A stretch of 64,000 nucleotides of DNA, taken from the NCBI RefSeq assembly GCF_018350175.1, contig NC_058373.1:101682001-101746000 (forward strand), in the 5' to 3' direction. Within the stretch, counting starts at the first letter, position 1, and each line of letters begins with the position of its first letter. The position numbers and the translations under genes were made by a program. This document shows, piece after piece, positions 25,547-39,407 of the stretch. The notes beneath the pieces are model-generated. The model saw only the letters and a program-made list of their open reading frames with translations, made no database searches and was not told the DNA's origin. This DNA is from Felis catus. Taxonomy: Eukaryota.

Positions 25547-26863
25547 CTAAAATAAAAATACAGTATAAGTAAACTGTGATTCTAATGTGACCTTGATCTA
25601 CCCAACCCACAGAGTCTCAGTCCTTTTTCTGGCATCTAAAATTAAAACATTAAGAAACACAAACATAAAACTCATTTGCAGTTTAGTTTATGGTCTAATT
25701 AGCTAGCTGTGCTTTTCAAGCAGTCAGCATTTAAAGGCTTTTACCCACAATTCTCATCACCTAATTTGCTTATTTAGAATTTTACATCAACTCCTTGCAT
25801 TTCCTGTGTATCTGAAGAATTTTGTAACTCAAATGCAACTTCCTTGATAATAAAAAAAAAGGTCTGAAAGGGTGACTATAAAGGAGCGTGGTCTATGTAG
25901 CACGGTCAGAACTGCAAAGGAAAAGCGGACCAGGGGTTAGGATAGAACCACCACTAGATTTCCAGCTTCTCCAGAGTCCAGATTTCATAGCGCAGTATGA
26001 TTATTCTGACAGGAAGAATTACCAAACAGCAGTGATATCTATATGCAAATATATGTAACATAACCTTAAGCCAAATTGAAAAATGTTTGGATAATCTATG
26101 CCTTTATACTTTTCCATTACTCTGAAATGTTGGCCAGTTTTCGTTTGTAATAACTTCATAGTAAATTCTGTAAGATACAGTAAGATCTGAAATAGCTTTA
26201 TCTTTTGCAGCAAAATGGCACTGACATGAATGTTCACTTTTAAGAACTGTATGCCTACGTTGTAGTATTTATTTGTAATAGAACCAACATTCGTGACAAG
26301 TTGTCACTGCCTTGTTAATTCACATCTGCTGGATGCCTCTCTATTAAGCATAGTTATAGAGTTCTACACTGTTACCCCCCTGCCCTTCCTTCATCCTCCT
26401 AAATCATCACCCACATCTTAAATATTACTTAAGAATATAAAAGAAATCTGCATAACATCAGCTACAGCTCACAGCAGAAGAGGCTATATGCAAATCATTC
26501 TTTCCATTGTCAGAAGTTGGTAACACTTAAAAGTACTCTCCATGAAACTGGGGTTCAAGTCTAGAATTGAAATAAGGCCCCAAATCACTTTGAAGACAAT
26601 GCTGAACATTTTACCATTTTAGGTGCAGGCAAAGGTTTCTGGCTGAGATTGAATGACCAGGAAATTTTTAGTCTCCTGAGAAGTTAAAGGATGGAGCTGG
26701 ATGGGTCACTACCATGACCAGGTGACTAAGATCATCTTCTCCAGAGCTGTGTAGGAAGCTGAGGAGGGAGGCAGGACACTCCACCTCTGTTCTATGATAA
26801 CAAATATTACTTATTTTCTAAAGTGATCTAAAAGGAAGGGGGAGGATTAAAACAGGAGGAGGC

Positions 26864-27080
26864 GGGGCGCCTGGGTTGCTCAGTCGGTTAAGCGGCCGAC
26901 TTCGGCTCAGGTCATGATCTCGCAGTCCGTGAGTTTGAGCCCTGCGTCGGGCTCTGGGCTGACAGCTCAGAGCCTGAAGCCTGTTTCAGATTCTGTGTCT
27001 CCCTCTCTCTGACCCTCCCCCGTTCATGCTCTGTCTCTCTGTCTCAAAAATAAATAAACGTTAAAAATAAATAAATAAAA
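26864..27080 (+). mobile_element. Can-SINE (relatively young)
   Basis: CpG-rich; TSD TAAAACAGGAGGAGGC. Confidence 0.92.
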
Positions 27081-27188
27081 TAAAACAGGAGGAGGCATAT
27101 TATTTCCTAAAGTCTCAGTTTATTCAATGTAGCTGTAAGATAAAAATCAACAAAGACCATGTAACTGAGGCAATCACTTTTAGCTTAC

Positions 27189-27285
27189 TTATGATGGCAG
27201 CATTGTTCGTTTCTTTGCGAAAACGAAACTTTCTCAGCTTTTCCACTAAATCTTCAGCAACATCACAAACCACCAAAGACTCACT
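27189..27285 (-). CDS. GMFB: GMFB exon 2 ([32 protein letters not shown]), 97 nt
   Basis: T-rich tract plus AG acceptor; GTAAGC donor; translation matches the GMF-beta ADF-H domain. Confidence 0.97.
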
Positions 27286-29529
27286 CTAAAAAAGAAAAAA
27301 AAAAAATGTATAAAATGCCATGACTTCAATACATGTACATGTGAAAGTTATAAAACTTAATACCTTTAAAAACATACTGACATCTACATATGTCACAATT
27401 AAGTGAACTAACATGAAACACCTGAACACTTAGAGCTTTTAATAAATCTACCAACCTTTATCTACATTAATCATACACATTTGCTCATCTAATGTGTAGG
27501 CTATGCCTTAACTTTCTCTTTGGCTAATAAATATCTCAAAGAACTAAATATAATAATGTGCAATTTCATCAGAACCAGAGAAGGGAAGAATACAGGAAAA
27601 GTCAAGGATCACTGCTGTTAGAAAATACATTTTTGCACTATGCAGGAAGAACAGGAAAAATCATCTTTATTGTACTTAGAATTAATAAGACCTTGGTTCA
27701 TTTTTGTGTCTCGCAACTGTGAAAAAATACAAATAAACAAAAGTAAGAAAAGTAAGTCACAAGAGTAAATACCAATACCATTTTATATCTTAACTAAATT
27801 ACTGTGGGGATTAAAAAAAGAAGTTATTAAGAATTATGAAAGCGGGGCACCTGACTGGCTCAGTCTGCAGAGCATGCAGCTCATCTCAGGGTCTTGGGTC
27901 TGAACCTCACATTGGGTGTAGAGAATTATGAATTCTTTAAAAAAAAGAATTATGAAAGCAAAACTAGATGAAACAAATATAAACTATACTAAAAGAACCT
28001 TTTACAATTATGAAAAAATGTTAGAGATTCTTCTCCAGAAATCTGGCAAGGAAATGACCTAAAGCACTCTTCTTTTAGTAATGCAAATGTATTACTGATT
28101 GAAAACACGAGGACAGAAATCTTTTTTTTCCCTTTCTTAATGTGTAAAACTTTGAACACATAGAAAAGGAGAGAGAATAGTATAGTGGAACCTTATGCAC
28201 TATATCAGTTTCAAACATTATCAACACATAGTTGATCTTATTGCATCAAAACCCTCCATACTGCCCCCCATGGAAGTCACACGGCAAAGGCCCAAAGTCA
28301 TTTCAACTGTATACATTTTAGTACGTATCATTAAAATGATAGTATGTGCCATTAAGAATACAAGGATAATAACAATATCTCACCTTAAAAAACCTAACCA
28401 TAATTCCAGTCTCAAATAATCAAATAGAATTCAAATTCCCCACATTGTTTTTCCCCCCGCAACAGGTCTGATTGAGTCAGGTACCAAAAGAAGGTCCACA
28501 TTCTTTGATCTTTTCAAACATGTTTCCCTCTCCTTCAAGAAAATTAGAACATTTCAGAAACCAATGCTAAATACATGTCTCATTATAATCCAAAAAGTTG
28601 AAGGCTTCCAATTTTAAGTTAAAATACAAATTTAATAAAAGCCTACTTTTTTGACCCCAGGTTGGGTAAATGAGGGCATAAGTTAAATCAGAAATAGCTA
28701 TTATTTTAAATTGTCCTTTAATTCAGAACACTGGTAATATGTAAGGTATGACAGACCACAGGATATGCTATTTACAATTAGAAAAGACATCCCGTCAATA
28801 GGTATTGTCCAATAAATAAGGTCCTATCCAATAAATAAGGAGTCAAGTGCATGCATCCTATTAGTTCTCCTTAAAAAAAGAGATGTTAAGTCATAAGGAG
28901 CTTCCTGAAGGTAGTATTCAACCATAGTCTATTTTCAAGAAAAATATAGAAGTCAAAAAGTTAGAATTTCCATTCTCTCTTCAACCAAGGGTAGAACCCA
29001 TTAGCGCAACTAATAAATATTTTAGATTCTTGTTTAGGCAAAGACCACAACTTATCACAAAAGTCTTACCTTCCAGCTCTGACACTCAGAGCTGCTTGTG
29101 CAATCCTGACATTCTGAGGATCAGAAACCAAATGAAAATCATGCTGTGGTTTGATTTACAGAGCTTGTTTTGGCATTTTCACCCCTCCCAATACCATAAT
29201 AAGGCCAAAAATTCCTTCCTACAAGAAAAGGGACGCAGGCTCAGTCAATTCTAATTGCTTACAGTTAGCAGAAGCATTTAAGAGTAAGTATAACACCCTG
29301 CAAACAACTCTATGTGGGTAAATATCAATATACAGTTAAGTGGAGTGTTGAGCTCGATTGTTCACTTATTGGTTTCTCCATGTAAGAAACATTTAGTGAG
29401 TGTAAGCACCACGGTAAGTGCTACGAATACAATCATATAAAATAAATAAATAAATAATATGGACTTGCCCTCAGGGAGCTTCTATTACAGTCTAGTAGAA
29501 GACAGACCTACATCAAAAGGATCAAGTAA

Positions 29530-29758
29530 GGGGCGCCTGGGTGGCTCAGTCGGTTAAGGGTCTGACTTCAGCTCAGGTCATGATCTCGCGGTCCGTGAGT
29601 TCGAGCCCCGCATCAGGCTCTGTGCTGACAGCTCAGAGCCTGGAGCTTGTTTCCAATTCTGTGTCTCCCTCTCTCTCTGACCCTCCCCCGTTCATGCTCT
29701 GTCTCTCTCTGTCTCAAAAATAAATAAACGTTAAAAAAAAAATTAAAAAAAAAAAAAA
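29530..29758 (+). mobile_element. Can-SINE
   Basis: TSD AAAAGGATCA(A/G)GTAA. Confidence 0.92.
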
Positions 29759-31399
29759 AAAGGATCAGGTAAGAAAATGTGTATTTGTTTGTACCTGTAG
29801 TAAGAACTAGACAAGAGAGACACAAGCTGCTATGAGAACTTAGGACCAGAGAAGAACACTATAGTCACAAAAGATTTGCCTGAAAAAGGTATCTGAAGGA
29901 CCAAAACTGCCTATGCAGAAACCCATTGATTAAAGTGATCATGGTACATGTAAGATAATGAAAGGCCAGTATGACTGTAGGACAGAGAATGAGCAGGAAC
30001 ATGGTATAAGAAGAGGTTGGTAGGGACTAGACCACATAGGGCCTCGTGGGTCATATTTTGGTCTTTATCCTATGAGCAAAGGGAAGTCACTAAAGAGTTT
30101 TAAGCAGAGAGGTGATGGGAAACATGATCAGATTTGCATGCAGGAAACAGAGTGCCAAGATGAATAGAGCAAGACTAGTTACTTGGCAAGACTAGTCCAA
30201 GTGAGAGATGAAAAGTAGCTTAGATTGATGAGGAACAAGAGAAGTAAGGAAATATTGCTAAGAACAGTTAACACATTATTAAACACTGTGAGAGAAACAT
30301 GGTGCTATGCCCTTTACATGCACTTCCCCTCATGCTCGAGATAATTCCTTAGGATGAGTTTGTTTTATTATTCTCATTTTGCACGAAACTAAGGTTTGGA
30401 GAAGTTAAGTTCCTTCCCCAAAGTTAACACAACTAGTGAAGCCTGATCTCTTAGACACTCTCTTAACCACTACAAAGGAGCTAATGCCAGACTGGATATT
30501 GGAGGGGTGACTTAGGAAAAAGAGTTACCGAGATAACTCCAAACTTCTCACTTGTGTAACAGACTAAATTATACCTTTCACTGAGTTGAGGAACACTGAG
30601 GAAAAACCAGGTTTGCAACGAAAGAGAATGAGTTCTACTCTGGACAAACTGAAGTGGCTTTGAAGCACCCAAGTGGGGAAAAGCTTCCTAGAAGGTAACT
30701 AAATAGTGGGAAATAGAGATCTGGACTGGATCTCAGAAGCAAATGTGATACAAATTCACAAGTCTTCTGCTTATAGGTAGGAGGTAATTGAAACTATGAA
30801 TGTAAGAAGAGATGGATAAAGAAAAAAAAAAAAAAAAACAGAATGGAAAACCCAGCATTAGACTGGAGCCTAGAACACCTCCATGTGATGTCCAGGGAAG
30901 AACAGTCTGCATGGGACACATATGGACCAACAGTAAAAGTAAGAAAAAAACAAGAAGTCAAGGGGAAAGTCTGGGGAAAGCGAAAGCTTCAAAAAGGGGA
31001 GAGTAAACTGTCCAGAATGCAGATGAAAGGTCAGTTAAGATGAGAACTGAAGAGTCCCTTGGATTTGGTGACCATGACAAGATCTATTCGAAGGAGATGG
31101 GTTGAGAAATGAGTGACAGGTCAGAGATAGGACAGTGGGGAGCTGTGTTTTGTTTCTAATTAAAGAAACGAGCATATTTGAGCATATTTAAACACCCGAT
31201 AGGAAAGATCCAGAAAAATCCTTGTTAGGCAATTGATTTAATTCTCCACTTTATTTTCAAGCATGGGGTTCAACTCATTCGAGGACAGAAGCTAAAGCCC
31301 CCAGAACAAACAAAACTAAAGCATTTGACAGGCACTTTAAGGCTAAAGCATCAAAGCCTTGGGTCAAAGGTTTCCAGCTGCCCTGACTCAAGGAAAGCA

Positions 31400-32150
31400 A
31401 GGATACGGAGAAATCCCGAGCGGCAGGCCAAGGAAGGAGGAGACAGAAGCTAAGGCGAGGCCGAGAGAATGGAATCTGAATTTCCGAATCCTCCCTGAAA
31501 AGGCCGCCAGGCGGAAGGTGCTCAGCGCCGGTCTGCCCCTCAGGCCTGGCCGGGGCCCTGGCAAGAAAACGGGGTTTAGGGGAGCACTTCGCTGAGCCAG
31601 ACCTCCAGCCCCCTCCGACCCTGCAGTTCAGGAGCTGGCACTCTCCATCCAGAAGGACCCAGGCGAGGGTGACCCAACCCTACTACTGGCCGCACCCCAG
31701 TCCCAGGATCCGCTGGGCGGGTCGACCCCAGGCCCGGCCGGAGGATGCTGCCTTCAGGCCGGGTGGAAGCGGCTGCGGGCAGAGGCCAAGTCTCTGGCTG
31801 TGGGCACGCGCCAGCAGCCGGGGCGGAAGCGGCCGCCGACCCACCCCAGGCGCTGCCCGCAGAGCCTGGCTCCGGCAAACAGGAGAGCCAGGCTGGCTGG
31901 CCCGGCCCTCCGGCCCCCGCCCTCCCCGGCGGCAACTCACCATTTTCCTTCCGGCCGTCAGCAGCCTCTCGCCTTCCCTGGGGCCCCTTTAAGAATGGCA
32001 CGACGACCTCCTCCCTTCCTGCCCCGGCGCCTGGCAGAGTCTCCCCCACCCATCAACGCGCCCGGGGCGGGCCGGCACGTGACGGCGGACGGCGGGAGGC
32101 GCGGCTCAAAATTAGCCGGAACGCGAGCGCCCGCCTACTCCAGCTCCTGC
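31400..32150. promoter_or_regulatory. CpG island / promoter of GMFB
   Basis: CpG-rich; GC box GGGGCGGG at 32064-32071; E-box CACGTGAC at 32076-32083. Confidence 0.88.
31941..31943 (-). CDS. GMFB: Glia maturation factor beta, coding part of exon 1 (ATG only)
   Basis: GGAAGGAAA ATG|GTGAGT in a CpG island; splices in frame to exon 2 (SESLVV...). Confidence 0.92.
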
Positions 32151-32812
32151 TCCTGGGAAGGGAGGTTCTGTCTCACTGGGAGTGGGCCACTGTGCTAAAA
32201 GGCATTCTTCACATTCAAGCCCGTTCCTTGCTCCCCTTTAACTTTCCTCAAACTCTGAGAGCAATTTCTTGCTGACGTGATTACAATCATTTCAATGGCA
32301 AATATGTGTGTTGACCAAATTTGAACTCCCTCAAATCTAGGCATGCCTGCCTTTCCTTCCATCCTCTCCAGAACCCCTCCCCAAACCCCTCTCCCCCATC
32401 TAGGATTGGTGAATACATTCCTTTTCTCAATCGTGTTTATTTATTGAAATATAATTGAATAATGATTGTTGTCGACATGGTGTTATGAACCACTGCCTAA
32501 GACATTTTAAGAAGTTTCTGTAGGAGTTGAACTGATTGGAGCAAGCTTATTTTTCAATGTGGTGAGAAAAGTGGTTTCAAAGAAGTAAAGTTTGAACTCT
32601 AGAATTCATACAGGTGCCTTCAATATAAGCTTCCTGGGGCAGGATATCATGGTGTTTACAGCATAGTGCTAGCATGGTTCCTGGTCCATAATAAGTGCTC
32701 AAATATTTGCTGAATGAGTGAAAGAACCAAAGAAAAAGAAAACTCCACAATGGTCCCACCACCATCCTTCTTCATTAGTACTAAGCTAAATTATTAGAAT
32801 GTTTAAAGTTTG

Positions 32813-33040
32813 GGGGGGGGGTGCCTGGGTGGCTCAGTCAGTTAAGCCTCCGACTTCAGCTCAGGTTATGATCTCATGGCTGGTGAGTTCAAGCCCTGCA
32901 GCAGGCTCTGTGCTGACAGTTCAGGGCCTGGAAACTGCTTCAGATTCTGTGTCTCCCTCTCTCTCTGTCCTTCCCCGCTCATGCTCTGTCTCTCTCTCAA
33001 AAGTAAATAAACATTTAAATAAAAAATTAATAAAAAAAAA
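32813..33040 (+). mobile_element. Can-SINE inserted in one copy of an approximately 95-bp tandem duplication
   Basis: TSD GAAT(G/T)TTTAAAGTTTG. Confidence 0.9.
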
Positions 33041-34263
33041 GAATTTTTAAAGTTTGTATTTAACATTTAAAGTTAACAAATTGTTAGAACATGCCCCCAC
33101 TGCCATCCTTCTTGGTTAGTACTAAACTGAATTATTAGAATTTTTTAAAGTTTGTATTTAATGTTTAAATTTAACAAATTGTTAGCATGTTAGTAAATAA
33201 CATTAAAACAAGGTTCAAAAAACTGATTTGATACAATACCTATATTTTCTCATCAATTAGAAAAGATAAAAGTATTAATTATTAGAAATTCCACAATTCA
33301 ACTACATCCTCACAGTGGTCTGCCCCCATAATACTTTTTACAATGAAGAGAGGACTGGTAAGCTTGACACATAGTACCATCCAACAAATGATGGGAGAGA
33401 AAATGATGTTACTGGTCCATGAGCAATTATATTTAACTTTAAATAGATTCTTCCTCCACCTCCACCTTTTTCCTATCTCCTCTATTTCTATTTATAGGAG
33501 GAATTAGAGGAAAAGGTGAGAAAATTAACATTAAGCTACATGATATCACACCCAATAAATAGTATATCTATTTCCCTTTCATTCTATTCTTTTAACATTT
33601 CCCAAGCTAGTCTTTTATTATACCCAAGAGAGGTTGCACTGGGTGTACTGACAAGAAAAGGACACTGTTGAAAATGATTTATTTTATTTTATGGGAGATA
33701 TAAAATTAATATAGACTATGTACAGAAACTTCAAACTCAGTCTATAGAACATAATTTAACAATAACAACAACAACAACAACAACAACATGGTATCTATGT
33801 TAAAGGAGGTTTAGAAATGCCATTCTGGCTTGGGTCATTCACAGAGGTGGGGAGATATGCGTGTGTGAAGTTCCAGAATGTTTTTCCAGAACTTTTCTGC
33901 CTGGCTAACCCCTCTAAAAAGGTCAAGAACCTATCAACGCTAAGCTGTGTTGCGATCACTAGAACATGTTTTGTCCCAGGGAAGCATTTGACTATTGATC
34001 AGGGTCAATAGTAAAGGAGAATTCTAATTAAAAATTGAGGGAAGATCAGAACTAAAATAATCTTTTCTGGCCTGAATTTTTTCTAAGTCCGTTATTCTCT
34101 GTAACAGCACCTTTGCTAAAGTATGTTTATATTACTTATATATTCCCACCCATTTACTCCATCAATAAATAGTTACTGAGGGCCCATTATGTAATCAGCT
34201 CTGTCCTGGGCACCAAGATTCAAAACAGACTAAAAATCCCTACCATCATGGAACTAAAATTCT

Positions 34264-34479
34264 TTTTTTTTTTTTAACGTTTATTTTTATTTTTGAGACA
34301 GAGAGAGACAGAGCATGAACGGGGGAGGGGCAGAGATAGAGGGAGACACAGAATCAGAAACAGGCTCCAGGCTCTGAGCCATCAGCCCAGAGCCCGATGC
34401 GGGGCTCGAACTCACGGACCGCGAGATCGTGACCTGGCTGAAGTCGGACGCTTAACCGACTGCGCCACCCAGGCGCCCC
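34264..34479 (-). mobile_element. Young Can-SINE (SINEC_Fc-like)
   Basis: CpG-rich; TSD TGGAACTAA(A/C)ATTCT. Confidence 0.92.
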
Positions 34480-36611
34480 TGGAACTAACATTCTAATGGG
34501 AGGAGGACGTATCAGGCAATAAGAATAATAAATTTGTAAACACTATGGTATGTTAGAAGGTGATTAGTGTTGGGGTAGGGGAGAAATAGGAAAAGAGAGA
34601 TTGGGAACACAGGGGATGAGGGATTTGTGATTTTAACTAGGATAGTAGTCCTAGTCCTCACTAGGAAGGTCATGTCTGAACACAGATTTGAAGCTGTGGA
34701 GATTAGCCATGTGAATATCTGGGGGAACATTCCACACAGAGGGAATAACATTGCAAAGGCCCCGGAGGCAGAAGCATGCAGGTTGTTGCCGGGAACAAAA
34801 AAGCAATCAAATGACTGGAGTGGATGAGCTGTGTTGAATTGTAGATGAGGTCATAGATAAAATTGGAGGCCTGGGTCCAACAGCCTTGTAAATAATCATA
34901 GGGACTTTGGCATTTACGGAGTCAAGATACAGTGTTATTGGAGAGAGAGAGAGATTGAGGAGGGGAATGATGTAGTCTCTTATGCATTTTAGCAGGATCA
35001 TTCTGACTTCTGTGTCCTTTTAAGAAGATCCTTCTGTTGTTGGGTTAGACTATAGAGATAAAGGGATTTCCAGAGGCAGCCAAGAGAGAGTAACCAAGCT
35101 GCAGTCTCTTCTTTCTCACTGATTACAACTAAAAGCTCTGGACAGAACATAAAAACAACTACCTGAGGACTCTAAAGAGTAAATAATAACAAAATAGCCA
35201 GGGGATTGAAGAAGGAAAGGGTTGATGGCCTCCTCTTCATCCTGTTTGTGAAGGGTCTGTGATGGCTCTAGGGTTATGGGAATAGCCAAACACATAAAAC
35301 TTAACACTGGACAGATGAGACTGATGGCAGTTTTTTAGTCACATGTACTCACAGGCTGGGGGAGGGGGACAGCAAATGTCATGCAGGGCTACAGGGAGCT
35401 GCCCTTGGGAGCACAGTGAAGAGGCTGTGTGAGGCAGGCTTTGTAGTCTCAAGAGGGTGTGGTGCCCAGGCTGGTAGGGAACTGGAACCTACCACTCAAG
35501 GATGAGCAGGCACTGTGTCTGGTCCCCATGATGAGGGTTGTCTGGTTAGGGAATCTTATCTGTGCGAGCAGAGTAGGGAGAACAACTTGCAGTTGGGTCA
35601 TTCCCAATATCCCTGAATGTCACGGCAGCACATGATAGGAGACCTTAATTTTAGGCCTTACACACCACAAGAAGGCAGATCCTGAAGAATGACCAGTATG
35701 GTGCCAGTGAGTTTTCTAGTTGGTTTTTTTCTCCTTTATTGCCTGAGCAGGATGGATCAGGGAAGAGTGTGGAACAGGAAAATGTGGAAGGAATTACCCC
35801 ATCCCACCCCACCCCTTTTTTCCTCTCCTCGCCCAGCCCTGAGGGCAACACCAATGTGTTAGCACTGTCTCAGCAGGGCAGGGGCACAGGCACCTCAACC
35901 CTGAGAGAAAATCGATGCAAGGAATTTGAAAAGGGGCCCTTGTTGTGCACAGAGTGATGGAGGTATCCCAGTGACTTTTTTTTCCCTACCTTTTTCTTGT
36001 CATTTCGCCTGAAGGACAAGCTCAGTCACACACAACTACAGGAAAGTATACAGTGCAAATACTCTGGAGATCCGCATCTTTCAGGCTAGAAGAACAGGCA
36101 GAGGGGGCCTCTGGGAGCCCAAAGGTGTAGGCGAAGCCCTAAAGAGGACAGATTAAAACTGACACAGGGCACATACCCAAGCTCCACACGTGCAGAACAC
36201 ACCCACAGAAGCATAGCAAAGCCTAGGAGAACTGAACTACAACATAAACCATTGCCAAGACTCAAATTAACCCCAGAGTGGCTCGGGTGAGGGACAGTCC
36301 CAAACAGCATAATAAAGACTTTGAAAATTGAGCTGCCATTCTGTATCTTGATTGTGGTAGTGTCCTATGACCTCTATACATTTGTTAAAACTCATAGAAC
36401 TGTACACGGAACACAATGCATTTTATTGTACGTAAATGAAAATTTAAATTTTAAAAAAGTAAAACAAAACAAAAGAATAGACCATGGGAGATAAAGAAGC
36501 AAGAAAACCATTGAGGAGACTACTGCGGTAATCCAGGGAAGACATGGTCTGGATCCACATACAGCCAGTGATTTGGTGAGAAGTGCCCAGAATCAAAAAA
36601 ATTTTCTGTAT

Positions 36612-36828
36612 CAGGGTTTCTCAGCTTTAGCAATACTGACATTTGGAGTTAAATAATTCTTTGTTGTGGGTGCACTGTGCTATGCATTGTGGGGTGTTCA
36701 GCAGCATCCTTGGCCTCTACCCACTGGAGGCCAGTAGCACCTCCCCGTTGTGAACCAAAAATGCCCAGATGTTGTCAAATGTTGCTAGGGCACAGGGGTG
36801 GGAAATCACCCCCAGTTGAGAACTGTTC
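36612..36828 (+). mobile_element. MER20-like hAT element
   Basis: CAGGGTTTCTCAGC...AGCAGCATCCTTGGCCTCTACCCACTGGAGGCCAGTAGCACC...GTTGAGAAC; recalled consensus. Confidence 0.8.
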
Positions 36829-37879
36829 TAGGTGAATGTCCTAAGCTTTGGGCCACAGACCATGTACCATATAAATCAACAGTGGCAGCTCAGTTGGGGT
36901 GGGCTTCAGGTAGCCTTCTGCCACATAGTATGTATAGATGGCAGAAGCCCAACAGCTAAGACCACGAGAGGTTTTTACTAGAGAAGCTTAGGAAGTTCAA
37001 TGAGCAAGAAAGAGTTAAGTTCTGCCAAGGTACTACAAGATTTTTCACAATTCCTGTCGTCTATGGGACCAGACCTAAATTGCACATTCATTCAGTTCTG
37101 TTGTGCAGTGCCTGTCTCAAAGTTATGATGCTTATCATGTTCCTCCTACTGGTGTCCTCAAAATAGAGATAAATTTGCTCTTCCAAGAAATAATGTGGGC
37201 TAGAGAAAGGCCATATAAAATGAAAGGGTTAGTAGCTCCAAGAAAAATATATAATGCAGATAATAATTTTTAAAACCACATTCATATTTTCCTGCATTTC
37301 TCTTCTGAGACCTTCTCCTTGGTCAGTCAGAAGCATGTATAAACTTCAAAGGATAAATAGAGCTGTGATGTTGGGAACGCAAAAGAGAGCAAGCAGCTTT
37401 CAACTGCCAAAATGGGATTTTTGAGTCCCCAGAAACACAGTAAACTAGAAAAAGCAGACGCTACAGAGAAAGGTTTTATCAAATTTTAGAGCTCTATTAA
37501 CATTTCAAAGTCCTGGCCATGGCAAAATTAAAAGTGGCATTTAGTATATGCCATGTGGTAGAGGAAACTGAGGTCATGACAGAAGGCATGTATCTGCCAA
37601 GTGGGAAGGAGGGGAAGGAAGTCTTTCCCTTCCAATGTGGTGGAGTGTGACAAGAAGGAGGGGCCTAAGTGCAGCCTTCCGTCAAATCCAACCTGTTCTG
37701 GCTTCCCCTCCAGACTGCAGTCTCAGATTGGGAAAGGGGTGGGGCCTGGAAGGGGCTGGAGCATCCAAATAGGTATGGTATTGGAGAACCTGAAGGGACT
37801 GGAATTGGTAGTCCACTTTCCCTTTAAGAAAGAAGGAGAGGATTTGCATTTGGCTCTACACCATCTTGAACAGCAGCAA

Positions 37880-38572
37880 TAGTGTTCAACAGCAGAGGTG
37901 ACTACCCTGAACAAAGACTGCATTTTCCAACCTCCCTTCCAGTTAAAGGTAGACACCAGGCTGAGTTGTGGCCAATGGAATGAGGGATGTATCCTTAGAG
38001 TTTCCTTAAATTGAAGTGTTTTCTCATTCTCCCTCTCTTTCCTCCTTCCTTTTTTAAAAAAATTTTTTAACGTTTATTTATTTTTGAGAGAGAGACAAAG
38101 CACGAACAGGGCAGGGGCAGAGAGAGAGGGAGACACAGGATTTGAAGCAGGCTCCAGGCTCCAAGCTGTCAGCACAGAGCCTGATGCAGGGCTGGAACCC
38201 ATGAACCATAAGATCATGACCTGAGCTGAAGCTGGATGCTCAACTGACTAAGCCACCCAGGTGCCCCTGCTCCTTCCTGCTAACAAGAATATGGAAACGG
38301 TGGCTAAAGCTACAATAAGCATCTTAAACAGGAGGTGATCTTAGGGATGGGGCTACACATGGTGGAACAAAATAGAAGCCTGAGTCCCTTGCACTCAGTG
38401 CACTCTCACTGATACTCTTGTACTGTGGACACCATAACAGTCCTGGATTAATCTACCTCTAGACTTTCACTTAAAAAAGAAATACTTTTCTATCTCCAGT
38501 GAGATACTGGTATGTGGTTTTTTTGTTTGTTTGTTTGTCTTCACTTACAGTTGGGATAATTTCTAATAATCC
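37880..38572 (+). mobile_element. MLT1-type (MaLR) LTR remnant interrupted by a Can-SINE (38050-38267, -)
   Basis: GGCCAATGGAATG and AGAAGCCTGAGTCCCT motifs; bounds approximate. Confidence 0.55.
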
Positions 38573-38625
38573 ACCTCACTGCAAGTCCTCATGACTATCC
38601 TAATCAGAATTAACAATACTTCTTG

Positions 38626-38847
38626 GGGGCGCCTGGGTGGCGCAGTCGGTTGGGCGTCCGACTTCAGCCAGGTCACGATCTCGCGGTCTGTGAGTTCGAG
38701 CCCCGCGTCGGGCTCTGGGCTGATGGCTCGGAGCCTGGAACCTGCTTCCGATTCTGTGTCTCCCTCTCTCTCTGCCCCTCCCCCGTTCATGCTCTGTCTC
38801 TCTCTGTCCCAAAAAAATAAATAAATGTTGAAAAAAAAAATTAAAAA
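38626..38847 (+). mobile_element. Young Can-SINE (SINEC_Fc-like)
   Basis: CpG-rich; TSD AACAATACTTCTTG. Confidence 0.93.
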
Positions 38848-38992
38848 AACAATACTTCTTGCCTGGACTTTTAAAAGAATCTGTTTATGGATAGCCCCCT
38901 ATTCACTCACATCCATCCTAACCTCCTTCCAATAGCTTTTCTACACAGGAGCCTAAGGGACTGATTGGAAATGCAAACAGAATGTCACTCCC

Positions 38993-39407
38993 TGTATTAG
39001 TCTGCCTGACTGCCATAATAGAATACCACGGACCAAGTGGCTAAAGCAAAAGAAATTAATTTTCTCACAGTTCTTGAGGCTAAAAGCCCAAGATCAAGGT
39101 GCCAGCAGACTTTCTGGAGAGAACTCTCTTGGTTTGCAGGCAGGACTGCCTTCTCACTGTGTCCCACATGGCCTTTCCTCTGTATACACCTGCATGGAGA
39201 GAGAGAGTAATCTCTGGTGTCTCTTCCTTTTTTTTTTTTTTTTTCTACAAGAACATTACTCCTATTGAATTAGCTTCCTACCCTTATGACTTCACTTAAC
39301 CTTCACTGAATCTTACTTCCTTAAAGGCCCTATCTCCAAATACAGTCACACTACGGACTAGAACTTCAGCATATGAATTTTAGGGGGACACAATTCAGTC
39401 CATAACA
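38993..39407 (-). mobile_element. MLT1A/B-type MaLR solo LTR
   Basis: TGTATTAGTC...TCTCACAGTTCT...AAGATCAAGGTGCCAGCAG...GGGGGACACAATTCAGTCCATAACA with TG...CA ends. Confidence 0.8.

Noticed and set aside
27844..27946. tRNA-Lys-like sequence (also 21415-21523)
   Set aside because: Short tRNA-derived SINE with A tail and TSD AAGAATTATGAAAGC; degenerate cloverleaf, not a tRNA gene
29541..29825. Recurrent 'AQSVK...AQVMIS...SVSPSLS' and 'ETEHERGRGRERGR' ORFs across the window
   Set aside because: Translations of Can-SINE copies, not a protein family
31359..32275. Several 78-176 aa ORFs at the GMFB promoter
   Set aside because: CpG-island artefacts with low-complexity Pro/Ala/Arg/Gly translations; only the ATG is coding
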